Source: Neocallimastix sp. 'constans' (Eukaryota). Taken from it: a DNA stretch of 64,000 bases. Below the pieces are notes generated by a model. It was not told the origin of the DNA. It did no database searches and saw nothing but the letters and a program-made list of their open reading frames with translations. Each line of letters begins with the position of its first letter. Position 1 is the first letter of the stretch. Positions 14,263-28,653 of this stretch are shown one piece after another. The position numbers and the translations under genes are program-made. The stretch covers positions 248,001 through 312,000 of the forward strand of contig JBODTK010000145.1 in assembly GCA_050613775.1 (NCBI GenBank), in the 5' to 3' direction.

Positions 14263-15178
14263 TTATAAATACATTAATTCTGTTAATTTTAACCAGGTAA
14301 TTAAGACATATTCTCTACCTTTAATTTTTTTTTCAATTTTTTCATCTAATTTTTCATCATTTGAAATAATACGTGACCAATCCAATTTTTTTAATTCATA
14401 TAAATTGAATTCTAAAATTCTATAATTTTTAGGTAATATGATAACATACCAAGCATAATTTGTTCGGTAAAATAATAAATTTTCAGAAAATACAATAAAA
14501 AAGTGTTTTTCTTAATATATTCAAATTATTTTGGTTCAAATCTATTATATTTTTTGGTTTATTCATGTTTTCAGAAGATAATTTTAATTTTAATCCATAT
14601 TTTTTTAATGTTCTCATTTCAGTTTTAGATAATAATTTCGCTGACTTTTTAGCTTTTTCTAAACTATATATATTTATATTGTTAAATAGAATTTTAATGG
14701 CAAATTCAACCTCACTATATTTAATAGCTATATTCTGTTTAAAAGAATTATCATTATATTCTTCTTTTGCTTTATGAATACCTAATACTTTATAATTTTT
14801 ATTTAAAAGAGGTGAACCCGATGATCCATTATTTGTGTTAACGTTATGATAATAATTAAAACTCGTATCATCAATTATACTTCCAATTGCTAGAGAATAT
14901 ATTGCAGTAGCGTATTGATAAATTAAAACTGGTTCTCCTTTTTTAGCTTCTTTATTACTTGGTTGAAGAAATATTGGTTCAATTTCATCAATAATTTCAT
15001 TATTTAATTCAGTAAATGTAACGTCAATGAGTTCTGATGTAAATATAAAATCTTCATCATTTATTTCGATTTCTATACCTTGCTCCTCATTATTGGCCAT
15101 ATAAATATTAAATATATAGTTTCATTTTTATTTTAATGCATATTTTTTATTATTTAAAAATTTTATTATACTATTAAT

Positions 15179-15218
<40 letters not shown>

Positions 15219-18200
15219 ACCTTTTAAGATTCTAATTATTTCATCTTTACTTAATTTTTCGGCAATTTCTAATGGCGTATCTCCATAAATGTTAAGTGTA
15301 TTTAAATTTGATTTATCCACATTTATTAGAGACTTTATAATTTCAGCACTTTCTAAATAACATGCAATATGCATAGGTAAATTATTTTTTCTATCTTGAA
15401 TTTTAATATCAGCTTTATTTTTAATGAGAATATCTACTATATCTATATTTTTAAAGTAACATGCTATCATTAATGTGTTTATTCCATATTTAGATTTCTT
15501 ATTTATTTTGTTTTTTTCATGCTATAACAAACATTTTACTAGTTCTTTATTATTTTTTTTGCATGCTATGATTAATGGGGTATCATCATCTTCATTTTCT
15601 TTTAATATTTCATTTGCATTATTATGAATCAATTCTTTTACTTCCACAATATTTCCTTTTTTACATTGATATGTCAATGGAGTATCATTTTTTAATTTTT
15701 CTCTTTCTTTTCTTACTTCTTCTTTTGCTTTTCTTTCATCTTCACTAACTTTGTTAAATAATTCTAAAAGTTTACTGGTTTTACTGGTTTCACTGGATTT
15801 ACTAAATTCTACTTCAACCATGCCTTTATTTTGATATTTACGTATTAATTTTATAAATTTGATATTGATTTGTGAAATGTCTTTTAAATTACTATATTCT
15901 TTATTTTTTAAAATTGTATTTTCATTATCGTTTTCATTAACTTTTAATTTACTTTTTTTTTCTTTAGAATAATTTAATATTAATTTAAATATTTCATAAT
16001 TATCATTATCCATTATTCCAAAAATTGGGAAATATTCATCAATACTTTTTTCATTTAATTCTAAAACAATCTCTTTAAAGTTGGCATAATTTATTAATAA
16101 TTTAATAATATTAATATTATTATTTTTAATTGCTTTTAAAACTGGGGATTCTTCAGAATTGTCTTTTTCATTTATTTCTAAAATAATGTTATTGCTATTG
16201 GCATATGATATTAACAATTCAATCATTTCAATATTATTTCTTGAAATAGCTATTGTAAGGGGATGAAATCCGTCAATATCTTTTTCCTTAATTTCCAAAA
16301 ATATATTATTGTTTTTAGCATATTTTATTAATATATTTACTATTTCAATATTATTATTATATATTGCTATTAAAAATGGATAATTTCCATTTTTATCCTT
16401 TTCATTTATATTCAAAATAATACTATTATTAACAGCATATTCTATTAATAATTTAACTATTTCAATATTATTTTTATTAATTGCTTTTAGAAGTGGATAA
16501 TTTCCTTTTTCATTTTTTCCATTTATTTCCAAAATAATTTTTTTATTTCTAGCATATTCTATTAATTTTTTAATAATATTAATATTATTACTATCATTTA
16601 TTGACAATAAAAGTGGATAATTTCCTTCACAATTTTTTTCATTCATTTCTAAAATAAAATTATTTTTATTGGCATAATCAATTAATAATTGAACAATTTC
16701 AACATTATTTTTAATAATGGCCCATGTAAGTGGATTATTTCCGTCTTCATTTTTTTCACTAATATTCAAAATAATATTATTTTTTTTAGCATAATCTATT
16801 ATCAAATTTACTATTTCAATATTATCTTTATCAATGGCTTTTAAAATTGGGAAATAACCATATATATTTTTTTCATTCGTTTCTAATTTAATATTATTTG
16901 TATTGGCATAATCAATTAATAATTTAATCATTTCAATATTATTTTTATAAGTAGCCATTAAAAGTGGATATTGTCCTTTTTCATTTATTACATTAATTTT
17001 TAAAATAATCTTATTTTTAATTTTATTTTCATCAGCATAATCTATTAATAATTTAACCATTTCAACATTATTTTTAACAATGGCCCATATAAGTGGATAA
17101 TTTCCATCGTCATTTTTTTCATTTATTTCTAAAATAATATTATTTTCATTGGCATAATTTATTAATAATTTAACTATTTCAATATTATTTTTATTAGTTG
17201 CTAATAAAAGTGGATAATTTCCATATTCATCTTTTTTATTAATATCTAAAATAATTTTATTTTCATTGGCATAATTTATTAATAATTTAACAGAATCAAT
17301 ATTATTATTATTCACAGCCAATAAAAGTGAATTATTTCCATTTCCATTTTTTTTATTTATGTCCATAATAATATTATTTTTATTTGCATAATTTAATAAT
17401 AATTGAAATATTATTTTTATAAATAGCACCTAAAAGAGGACAATTTTCCTTTTTATCACAATCATTTATATTCAGGATAATTTTATTTTCATTAGCATAA
17501 TATATTAATAGTTTAATTGTTTCAATATTATTTTTAATAATAGCATTTAAAAAGGGAAAATTTTCCTTTTTATCGCTTTCATTTATATTTAAAACAATAT
17601 TATTTTTATTTGCATAATCTATTAATAATTACAAAATTTCAATATTATTTTTAATGATAGCATTTAAAAGTGGAAAAGATTCCTTCTTATCTTTTTCATT
17701 AATTTCTAAAGTAATTTCATTTTGATCGGCATAATTTATAAGTAATTTAACCATGTCAACATTATTATTATTTATTGCCAATAAAAGTGGATAATTTCCA
17801 TATTTATTTTTTTCATTCATTTCCAAAATAATATTATTTTTAATATTATTTTCATTAGCATAATCAATTAATAATTCAATCATTTCAATATTATTTTTAA
17901 AAGTAGCCAATAAAAGTGGATAATTTCCTTTTTCATCTTTTTCATTTATTTCCAAAATAATTCTATTTTTTTTTGCATAATCTATTAATAAATTAATTAT
18001 TTCAATATTATTATTAGAAGTTGCAAATAAAAGTGGATAACATCCGTTTTTATTTTTTCTATTCATTTTCAAAATAATACTATTTTCTTTAGCGTACTCT
18101 ATTAATAAATTAATTATTTCAATATTATTATTAGAAGTTGCAAATAAAAGTGGAAAATCTTTAGATTCATTTTTTTTATTCATTTCCAAAATAATATTAT

Positions 18201-19937
18201 TTCTATGATCATAATTTATTAATAATTGAACCATTTCAATATTATTATTGCTTACTGCCAATAAAAGTGGATAATTTCCTTTTTCATCTTTTTCAATTAT
18301 TTCCAAAATAATTTTATTTTTTTTGGTATAATTTATTAATAATTTAAATATTTCAATATTATTTTCAAAAGTAGCAAATAAAAGTGGATAATACCCATTT
18401 TTATTTTTTTCATTTATTTCTAAAATAATATTATTTTCATTAGCATAATCTATTAATAATTTAACCATTTCAATATTATTTTTAGAAGTAGCCAATAAAA
18501 GTGGATAATTTTCATATTCATTTATTTCATTCATTTCCAAAATTATATTATTTTTATTTGCATAATCAATTAATAATTTAACCATTTCATTATTATTTTT
18601 ATCAACAGCCGATAAAAGCGGATACGATCTGCTTGAATTTTTTTCATTTAATACTAAAATAATATTATTTTTATTAGCATAATCTATTAATAATTTAATT
18701 ATTTCAATATCATTATTAATTACAGCCCATGTTAGTAGGTTGTCACCAAATTTATTTTTTTCATTTAATTCCAAAATATTATTATTATTATTGACATAAT
18801 CTATTAATATTCTGACCATTTCAATATTATTATTAGAAGTAACAAATAAAAGTAGATTATGTCCTTTTTCATTTTTTTCATTCATTTCCAAAATAATATT
18901 ATTTTTATTGGCATAATCAATTAATAATTTAACCATTTGAATATTATTTTTAGAAGTCGCCAATAAAAGTGGATTATTTTTGTATTCATTTTTTTCATTC
19001 ATTTTCAAAATAATATTATTTTTACTGGCATAATCAATTAATAATTCATCCATTTCAATATTATTATTAATAGTTGCCCATAGAAGTACGTTGTCACCAA
19101 ATTTATTTTTTTCATTCATTTCCAAAATAATATTATTTTTCCTGGCATAATCAATTAATAATTCAACCATTTCAATATTATTATTTATAGTAGCCCATAA
19201 AAGTGGGTAATATCCTTTTTCATTTTTTTTCGTTCATTTTTAAAATAATATTATTTTTATTGGTATAATCTATTATTAATTTAATAATTTCAATATCATT
19301 ATTAATTACAGACCAAAAAAGTAGGTTATCACCAAATTTATTTTTTTCATTTAATTCTATAATAATATTTTTTTCATTGGCATAATCTATTAATAATTTA
19401 ACTATTGCAATATTATTATTACTTACAGCCAATGAAAGGGGAAAATCTTCATACTCATTTTTTTCATTTATTTCTAAAATAATATTTTTTTCATTGGCAT
19501 AATCTAATAATAATATAACTATTACAATATTATTATTACTTACAGCCAATGAAAGGGGAAAATCTCCATACTCATTTTTTTCATTTATTTCTAAAATAAT
19601 ATTTTTTTTATTGGCATAATCCATTAATAATTCAACCATTTTAATGTTTAGAAAATATTCAATTTTAGATATAGCCAATAAAAGCGGATACCATCCGCTT
19701 GACGTCTTTTCATTTAATTTCAAAATAATATCATTTTTATTGGCATAATCAATTAATAATCGAACTATTTCAATATTATTATCATCGATAGCCAATAAAA
19801 GGGGATACCAATCATTATCTTCCTTATTTATATTCAAGATAATATTATTTTTTTTTGGAATTATATAAAATATTTTCTACTTTCTTTAAAATCTTTAGTT
19901 CGAACTGCTTTATTAAATTTCTTTTCAATTCGTTCAT
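14263..19937 (-). pseudogene. Tandem pseudogene paralog of the ankyrin-repeat/trypsin protease gene
   Basis: ATG at 19937 (MNELKRKFNKAVRT vs MNKLKKNLVKAIRT in copy 1). Split into ORFs 19837-19220, 19170-17629, 17429-15522, 15470-15174 and 15100-14483. A ~600-bp deletion at ~15113 removes the micro-exon, the exon-3 acceptor and the catalytic His. Frameshift at ~14490; homologous stop at 14263-14265. The 3' flank (~13640-13920) matches positions 1-250. Confidence 0.85.
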
Positions 19938-20229
19938 TTTTATTATCAAATATTCCCATAATATTTTGAATATTTCCTATTAATTAAATTTTGAATTTAT
20001 TTTCTATTTTGTAAATAATTAAAAGTATTTTTATTTATTATTTAAAACATTCTTCATTTATAATTTAGAGCAATTCTTTATTTATTAAATTGAACTTTTT
20101 TTTTTTTTTTTTTCATTTATTATTAAAATTAAATTTTCAATACATAAATTTTTTAAATTTATTATAAATATTTATTATAATAACTATTTTTTTTTATTAT
20201 TATTTGAATATATGAAATAATTCTTATAA

Positions 20230-21145
20230 ATAAAATAAAATAAAATAAAATAAATAGTAGAATATAAATATAAAGGACAGATTGAATAAAATAAAATAAA
20301 ATAAAATAAAATAAAAAGTAGAATATTAAATAAGAAAGTACAGATTGAATAAAATAAAATAAAATAAAATAAAATAAAATAAAATAAATAGTAGAATATG
20401 AATATAAAGTACAGACTGAATAAAATAAAATAAAATAAAATAAAATAAAATAAAATAAAATAAAATGAAATAAAATAAAATAAAATAAAATAAATAGTTG
20501 AAATATAAAGTACAGATTGAATAAAATAAAATAAAATAAAATAAATAGTTGAAATATAAAGTACAGATTGAATAAAATAAAATAAAATAAAATAAATAGT
20601 TGAAATATAAAGTACAGATTGAATAAAATAAAATAAAATAAAATAAATAGTTGAAATATAAAGTACAGATTGAATAAAATAAAATAAAATAAATAGTTGA
20701 AATATAAAGTACAGATTGAATAAAATAAAATAAAATAAATAGTTGAAATATAAAGTACAGATTGAATAAAATAAAATAAAATAAAATAAATAGTTGAAAT
20801 ATAAAGTACAGATTGAATAAAATAAAATAAAATAAATAGTTGAAATATAAAGTACAGATTGAATAAAATAAAATAAAATAAAATAAATAGTTGAAATATA
20901 AAGTACAGATTGAATAAAATAAAATAAAATAAAATAAATAGTTGAAATATAAAGTACAGATTGAATAAAATAAAATAAAATAAAATAAATAGTTGAAATA
21001 TAAAGTACAGATTGAATAAAATAAAATAAAATAAATAGTTGAAATATAAAGTACAGATTGAATAAAATAAAATAAAATAAATAGTAGAATATTAAATAAT
21101 AAAACTATAGATTGAATAAAATAAAATAAAATAAAATAAAATAAA
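20230..21145. repeat. Minisatellite of ~16 units (mostly 46 or 51 bp): core AGTTGAAATATAAAGTACAGATTGAAT plus a variable (AAAAT)n tract
   Basis: Near-identical cores from ~20495 to ~21060, with diverged units at both edges. Confidence 0.95.
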
Positions 21146-21265
21146 TAAAATTTTATTTTATTTTATTTTATTTTTATTAATACTTTATTCTTTTATATTA
21201 CTTCACTATTTATTTTATTTTATTTTATTATATTTTATTTTATTTTATTTTATTTTATATATTAA

Positions 21266-21307
<42 letters not shown>

Positions 21308-22691
21308 TCTTTTTTAAAATATTATTTATTATTTATATTCATAATCTGATTAATGGAAAATTTTAAATTTAAGAATATAATTCTTTTAAGATAATATCTT
21401 GATTTTCAGATTAGAATATTTCAAATTTTTGAAATTTAGAGAATATATAAATATTGATATAAAAATATATTAGTTATTTTTTTTTTTTTTCTAAGATAAA
21501 AAGAATAATAAAAAGAATTAATATCATAAAAATTAAAGATAAATTTTTTTATATAATTTATAAAAAAAAAAAAAAAAAATTATATTAAGATTATTATTTT
21601 TTCGAAATAACTTTAAAAAATCCAGTTTTAATTTTATTAACTTATCATGAATAAAAATACTTTTCCATTTCAATAAATTAAAATATTTTCTTTTTTAATT
21701 TTTTTGTTTTAATCTCTTTTTTTTATCTTATATTTTTATTCTTTTTCTTTTTTTATTTTTTATTTTACTTTATTATTATTATAAATAAAAAAAAAAAAAA
21801 AATTAACCCTACCCTATTCATTTATTTTTATATGCCACATTGTAATACATGAATAAATGATCAAACATAAATTATGTCGAAATGCAATACTCCCGTATTT
21901 TTTCTTTTATATATATATATATATATATATTTGAAATATGTTACTATATCTATTTACTTAATTTATTTATTTATATTTTTATTCGTTAAATACATATTTC
22001 TATTTATAGCACATGATATCAATGACTAAAAATTAATATAAAAATTTTATATAAATAACATATTTATAGTATATTAATCTATATAGTATATTTTAAATAT
22101 AATATATTTTATTATTTCCATAATTTCTATTTATTTCTTTTTTCTATTTTATTATTATATATTAATTTATTATTATTATTATTTAATTATTATTATTTAT
22201 TATTTATTATTCAATTATTTATTATTATATAATTATTTAATAATATTTAATTTTTATATTAATTAATTAAAATTAATATTTAATTTTTTTTTTTTACACA
22301 AAAATGTTTTTTCCACACTATAAAAGAATATTTAATTACTGTATTATTTATTCATTCTTTTTACTTATTTTTATATTAATAAGAAAAAGGTAATAGAAAA
22401 AAAATATAAAATAATAGAATTTTATGAATATTAATTATTATAATATATTTAATTATTTATTAATAATTGTTGATATAATTATAAAAAAATAAAAGTAACA
22501 ATATTTATTTAACAATAATAATATAAAAATAATTTTTTTTTATTTTTAATTAAAAATAAATTTAAATTTATTTATTTATTCTTCGATTAATTTATTTATA
22601 AACATTTTTTTTTTATTAAATTTAAAAAATATTATTTTTCTTTTCTTTTATAACCGATACATTATATATTTTAATTAGTTATACAACAAAA

Positions 22692-23120
22692 ATGTTTACT
22701 GTTACATCAAAAAGTTTTACTAACAAGGGTCCACTTCCAATTAAGTATTCTACTTATGGTGATGATGTTAATCCAGAATTAAGTTGGACTAATGTTCCAG
22801 AAGGTACTAAGAGTTTCTGTATTATTAATGATGATCCAGATGGCCATAATTGGGTTCATTGGTTAGTTAAAAATATTCCAGCTGATGTTACTAGTGTTCC
22901 AGAAGATACTGTTCCAGGTGAAGAAGTTGTTTCTTCATGGCGTATTAAGAAATATAAGGGTCCAAGACCACCAAGTGGTACTCATAGATACTTTTTCAAA
23001 GTTTATGCTTTAAAAATTGAAAAAATGAAAGCTAATAATATTAGAGATTTCTATAAGGAAGCTGAAGCTAATAAACTTGCTGTTGCTGAAATTTATGGTA
23101 CTTTCTCCAGTCAAAATTAA
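22692..23120 (+). CDS. YbhB/YbcL-type PEBP (Raf kinase inhibitor-like) protein
   Basis: Motifs NPELSW, PEGTKSF, DDPDG, WVHW, YKGPRPPSGTHRYFFKVYAL. Intronless 142-aa CDS with an aaaaATG start context. Confidence 0.92.
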   Translation: MFTVTSKSFTNKGPLPIKYSTYGDDVNPELSWTNVPEGTKSFCIINDDPDGHNWVHWLVKNIPADVTSVPEDTVPGEEVVSSWRIKKYKGPRPPSGTHRYFFKVYALKIEKMKANNIRDFYKEAEANKLAVAEIYGTFSSQN

Positions 23121-24716
23121 ATATAATTTAATATTAATATTATTAAAAAAAATAAAGATATATATATAAATAGATATATATCTTTCTAAAAAAATAATAA
23201 TAATAATAATAAAAATACGAAATAAAATAATTCACAAAAAATAATTTATTAATAAAAAATAAATTATTTTTATATATAAATTGAAATATAAAACAATTTA
23301 TATATAATGTGTGAATTTAAGAGCTAAAAATAAGTTATCAAATAAATAATTAAAAAAAAAAAAAAAAAAAAAAAAAAGAAAAAAAAAATAAGAAAACAAA
23401 AAAAAATATTATTATTATTAAAAGTTATACATTAAGCAAATATTTTTATCCCATAAAGAAAATAAATAAATAAAATTAAATTTTTTATTTTAAAAAAAAA
23501 AGAAAGGTATAAACATTAAGATTATAATTTATTATGTAGAATTAATCATAAAATTAAATAATAAATGATATTTTTGTAAAGTAAGGGAGGAGGTAGAGTA
23601 TTAATTTATATATATATATATGTGTGTATATATATTTTAAAAAAAAAGAAAAAAAAAAAAAGGATAAAAAAGAAAAAAACATTTTCGATGATTTTAAATC
23701 AAATTAATGTAATATTTATTTTAAAACAAACTTTAATATATTAAAGTATTTAATATTTAATATTTATTGGAAATTATAAAGTTTTGAAATGAAATGTGTT
23801 GATATAGTTTGTTTTATTATTAATATTGATTTATAATTTTAAGAAAAGGACAGAACAGATATATTTAAATATACCAATGAAATTAAAGTAATAATATATA
23901 TTTAAAGAAGTAAATTAATAATCCTCATTTTCAAATTTTCATGAACAATAAATTTATAAAACTTTTTTCTTTCTCTATAATATTATTGATAATTTATTTC
24001 CTTCAACCTTTATTGTTCTAGACAACTTTAATATATATATAAAAAAAAAGTTTATTATATCTTTTTTTTTCTTTTTAAAAGGTTAATTTCTTTTTAATAT
24101 TTGATTAAAAATACATTCTTATTCATTATTTAATTAATTATATATATTAATTATATATTTTTAATTTTTAAATTAAAATAATATTTAAATTTTTTAATAT
24201 TAATAAATATATAATTATTAATTTATATATAGTAGTTATTAATATGATAATAAGAATTACAATATATATTTTATAATCAATCAAAAAATTATCCATAATA
24301 TATAAAGTCTTTTAAATGTATAGAGAGATTTTATTTCTTTTTTTTTTTAACTTTTTTTTTTTTCAAATATAATAATTACAGATTCATATTATGTAGTTTT
24401 TTTAAATAAAAATTAAATTTTCCATGTTAACTATATTTAATTTATTATTTCGATTTGAGCTATAAAAAAAAAATTTATTTTCTTAAAAAAAAAAATTAAA
24501 AAAAAAATATCATCTAAATATTTTGTTTTAATAAAAGTTTCTATTAATTAATTATTATTTACTATTTAAATATTTATAATATACTCTATATATAATCACC
24601 TTTATTTTTTCATCTTTCTTTTTTAATATAATTACTTCTGATATTACTAGTTTTAATTTTTAAAACGTAAATATTTTTAAATAATTTAAACATCCAATAC
24701 AAATTTAAAATTATTA

Positions 24717-24720
<4 letters not shown>

Positions 24721-24750
<30 letters not shown>

Positions 24751-25234
24751 GACCGTAGCAGGATTTCTCCCCAGCTGTACATCTTGTAGACACACAATGG
24801 TTTATAACTAGAGCCCTTATCTAACTTCCTACTTTAGTAGGTGGTCCCGTCCCTGCTGGACTGCCTTACAGTTACTCTGCATTGGCGCTCCTTACCCAAG
24901 TATAATTACTGCTTGTCATTGTACGATAATCTTACAATTGGGTCTTGCAGCCACAATCTCCGGGATCACGTGACAACCGCTCCATAACATACCTATAAGT
25001 AAGGATAAGTAAATTTTCATATGTCACCATATGTTGGGTATCTCCTCTTAAGAAACTTTGCCATACACACTCAACCCTCTCAGGCCTGCAAGAAGTGTAA
25101 ATCGATGAAAGTTGAATTAGAGATATAGGGGGTATCAAATGGGTATAATACTTACCTGAAAACCCTAACCACCTAATAACGAAAAACCAGTGGAAAAAAC
25201 GCTATAGGCATAGGGAGGGGTCGAACCAGGAACC
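24721..25234 (-). mobile_element. Short non-autonomous non-LTR retroposon (SINE-like) with poly(A) tail and 11-bp TSD
   Basis: GC-richer 514-bp island. Poly-T on + from 24721 is the poly(A) tail. Direct repeat attattatctt at 24710-24720 and 25235-25245. The head contains a B-box-like GGTTCGACCCC. Confidence 0.85.
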
Positions 25235-26840
25235 ATTATTATCTTAAAATTTAAAAACAAAAAACAAAAAAAAAAAAAAAAAATTTAAGCTTAGAATAAT
25301 ACATATTAATAATAATTATTTATAAATGCCATGCCAATGTTTTTATAAATATTCATATATAAAAAGAAATCATAAATAGTATACTTTTTACATAAATTTA
25401 ATCATAAATACTATTCTTTTCATATAAATTCTTTATTTATATATGTATATATTATTATGTTTTTACTTTTAAAATATAGTATTTATCAATATTATTTATA
25501 TTTTAATATTTTAATACCAATTTGTTCTTCTATACTAATGTATACTTAACCTATTCATTTTTTAATTAAAAATAAATAATATTAAGAATAATATTAATAT
25601 AAAATTTTTACTTTTATATAATCTTTTTTGTTTTTATGTAGATAAAGTTTTTCTAATATTTTTTAAATATTTATTATAAAGTTTTTAACTACATAATAGG
25701 AAAATTATCCGTTGTTAAAAGTGTACCACTTTTATATATATATATATATATAAAATATAATTACAATTCTTAAAAATAAATAAATGAATAAATAAAAAAA
25801 AGAGAGATAAAAATAAAAAATAATCAAAAACAAAAACTATTTAGACTTTTTAAGTCAATTCTATGTATAAAGAACTTTTTTATATTTTATAAATAGAATT
25901 AAAATATTTTAACTATATTTTAGGATAATTATCCTTTGTTATTAGTATGTACCGCTCTAATATATATATACATTAATTATTATAATTTTTAAAAATAAAA
26001 ATAAAAAAATTAAATACTTTTTTAAATATTAATAATGTTTTGTACCATAGTATAAATTATACTTATAACTTTAATAAGAATATATTATATATAAAAACTT
26101 GTTTATAATTAGAATATAATTTATATTATCTTTCATAATATATATAATATATTTTTATATAACAAAAATTAAAAAAAAAATGAAAACTATTATTATTATA
26201 TTATATATATATATATATAATAATGATTTTTGTTTTTTGTAACTTAAACTTTATTAAAAAAGTGTTAATTATGGATATATATTATATAAATAATATATAT
26301 ATAAATAATTATTAACAAAAATAAAGTTTTTAAAACTTTATTAAAATTTTTTGATAATTATTTAATAAACTTTTTTGAATAAGTTAATTATTTCTTTTCT
26401 ATATTTGATAAAAAGTAATTATTTTACATAATTTTTATTTTTTTATCATTAATCATTATTTTTAATTAATATATAAAGGAAAAATTCAAATGAATTATTT
26501 ATCTGTTAATAATTATGTTACAATGACATTAATAAGTAATTTTATTGAAGAGAACAGTGTTTGTTCATTATGAAGTTATATATAAATATCAAATATTATA
26601 TATCAAATATTATATATTAAATATTATATATTAAATATTAAATATTAAATATCAAATATCAATATCAAATATCAAAAATTATTCATATTTTAATATTTAA
26701 TTTTATTTTAAATTATACTTTATTTTCTTTCTTTTTCTTTCTTTCTTTTTTTTTTTTTTTTTTTTTTATTTTTTTAGTTTTTGTTTAAATACTCTATAAT
26801 AAAATTAAAAATTTTATGCAATACCGTAAACATTTCTATT

Positions 26841-26882
<42 letters not shown>

Positions 26883-27934
26883 TATATAAATTTAAAAATT
26901 TACTCAGTCGCATGGTAACTTAACCTAAAATTTTCAAATTATAATCCAAAAAAATTTATTATCCGAAAATATATTTTTTTTATAATTATTAATATTTTAT
27001 ATTTTAAAAATTATGAAATTTCTTTATATAAATTCAAAATATTTTTTTTAATATTATTAAATAAATAAATATAAATATAAATAATTTTATATATATATAA
27101 AAAGCTTATTATTCTATTTATATAATCATGAATATAATTAATATATAAATAAAAAAAATTAACCTTAATTACATGGAAAATAGAAAATAAAATAAAACTA
27201 ACACTAAATAAAAGCTTATAAACTATTTTAAAATTTTTAAAATATATCTAGGAAATGATTTATATACCTCTAAAAAATATATATATAATTATAAATACAT
27301 ATAGTAACACATATATAAAAGAGATTACAAAAAAAAAAAAAAAAAAAAAAAAAACATTAATAAGAATTAAAAGTTTTATTATCAAAAAAATAATAATTAT
27401 AATAAAAATAAAGACATTATTTATAATAGTAATAAAAATAATATGACAATACATAATAATAGGTATTTATAATGATAAAAGATAGTATAATAATTATTTT
27501 ATTTAATAATATATAAAGATAGAATCTGAAGTCAATAATAATAATAATAATAAAATAATAATATTAATAAATAATTCTAATCCTAATTCTAAATTTAATT
27601 TTAATTCAAATTCTAATTCTAATTCTTATAATAATAATAATAAAAATAGTATATAATATATATAATTACAAAGATTGTAGTGTATTTGTAATAATTTAGA
27701 ATATACAATAGTTTAAATAAATGTCAATGAATAAAAATAATAATAATAATAATAATAAAAATAGGGATAATAAAAAAGAATATTTTTTTTTTTTTTTTTT
27801 TATCAAAAGTTATCATATTAATTAAAATAATAAAAACATAATTGGCTAGAATGTTTGTTTATTAAAAATTTGATCATTTGTATTTCTTACTTTAAAGTTA
27901 ATAAAAAGTTTAAAAATAAAAATGAAAAAGTTTA

Positions 27935-27969
<35 letters not shown>

Positions 27970-28621
27970 TTAATAAATATAAAAAAAAATTTATAAAAAT
28001 TATATTTAATAATAAATAAAATTTTTGGTTATATAAACGTAAAAAATAGTTATAAATAAAATTTTTATATAATATAATAATACAATATGAAATAAATATT
28101 TTTTTTATTGAGATAAAAATTAAGTTTAAAATCTCATATTTAGTTTTTTATATAAAAAAAAAAAAAAAAAAAGGGAAAATGTTACATAACAATTCATTTA
28201 AATAGTTTTTTTTTCTTTTTTTAAACCTTATTTAAAAAATAAATATATAAATTAAGTTTAAATTATTAAATAATATTGTTGATATATATATCAGTTAATA
28301 ATTTATAAAATTATTAAATAATATATATATATATTATTCTTTTTTATTATTATTTTTTTTTTTTTTAATTTTTATTTTTCAAAAATAATTAAATTTAATA
28401 GATTTCTTATATATATATGTATAAATGTATAAATGTTGTACCCCTAATAACAACAAACAACTATTCTATAATGAAGTTAAAATATAATAATATTTATGAT
28501 TTGTTAAATAATATGTACAATGATATAATCACATTCTCTTTTTTTTTTTTATTTTTACTTCAAAGTAAAAATAAAGTTTAAATAATTTTTAATTAAAATT
28601 TTTTATTTAAATTTTTTTTTC

Positions 28622-28653
<32 letters not shown>

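Noticed and set aside
20230..21145. CRISPR-like repeat/spacer array
   Set aside because: The spacers are only (AAAAT)n, there are no cas genes, and the context is eukaryotic.
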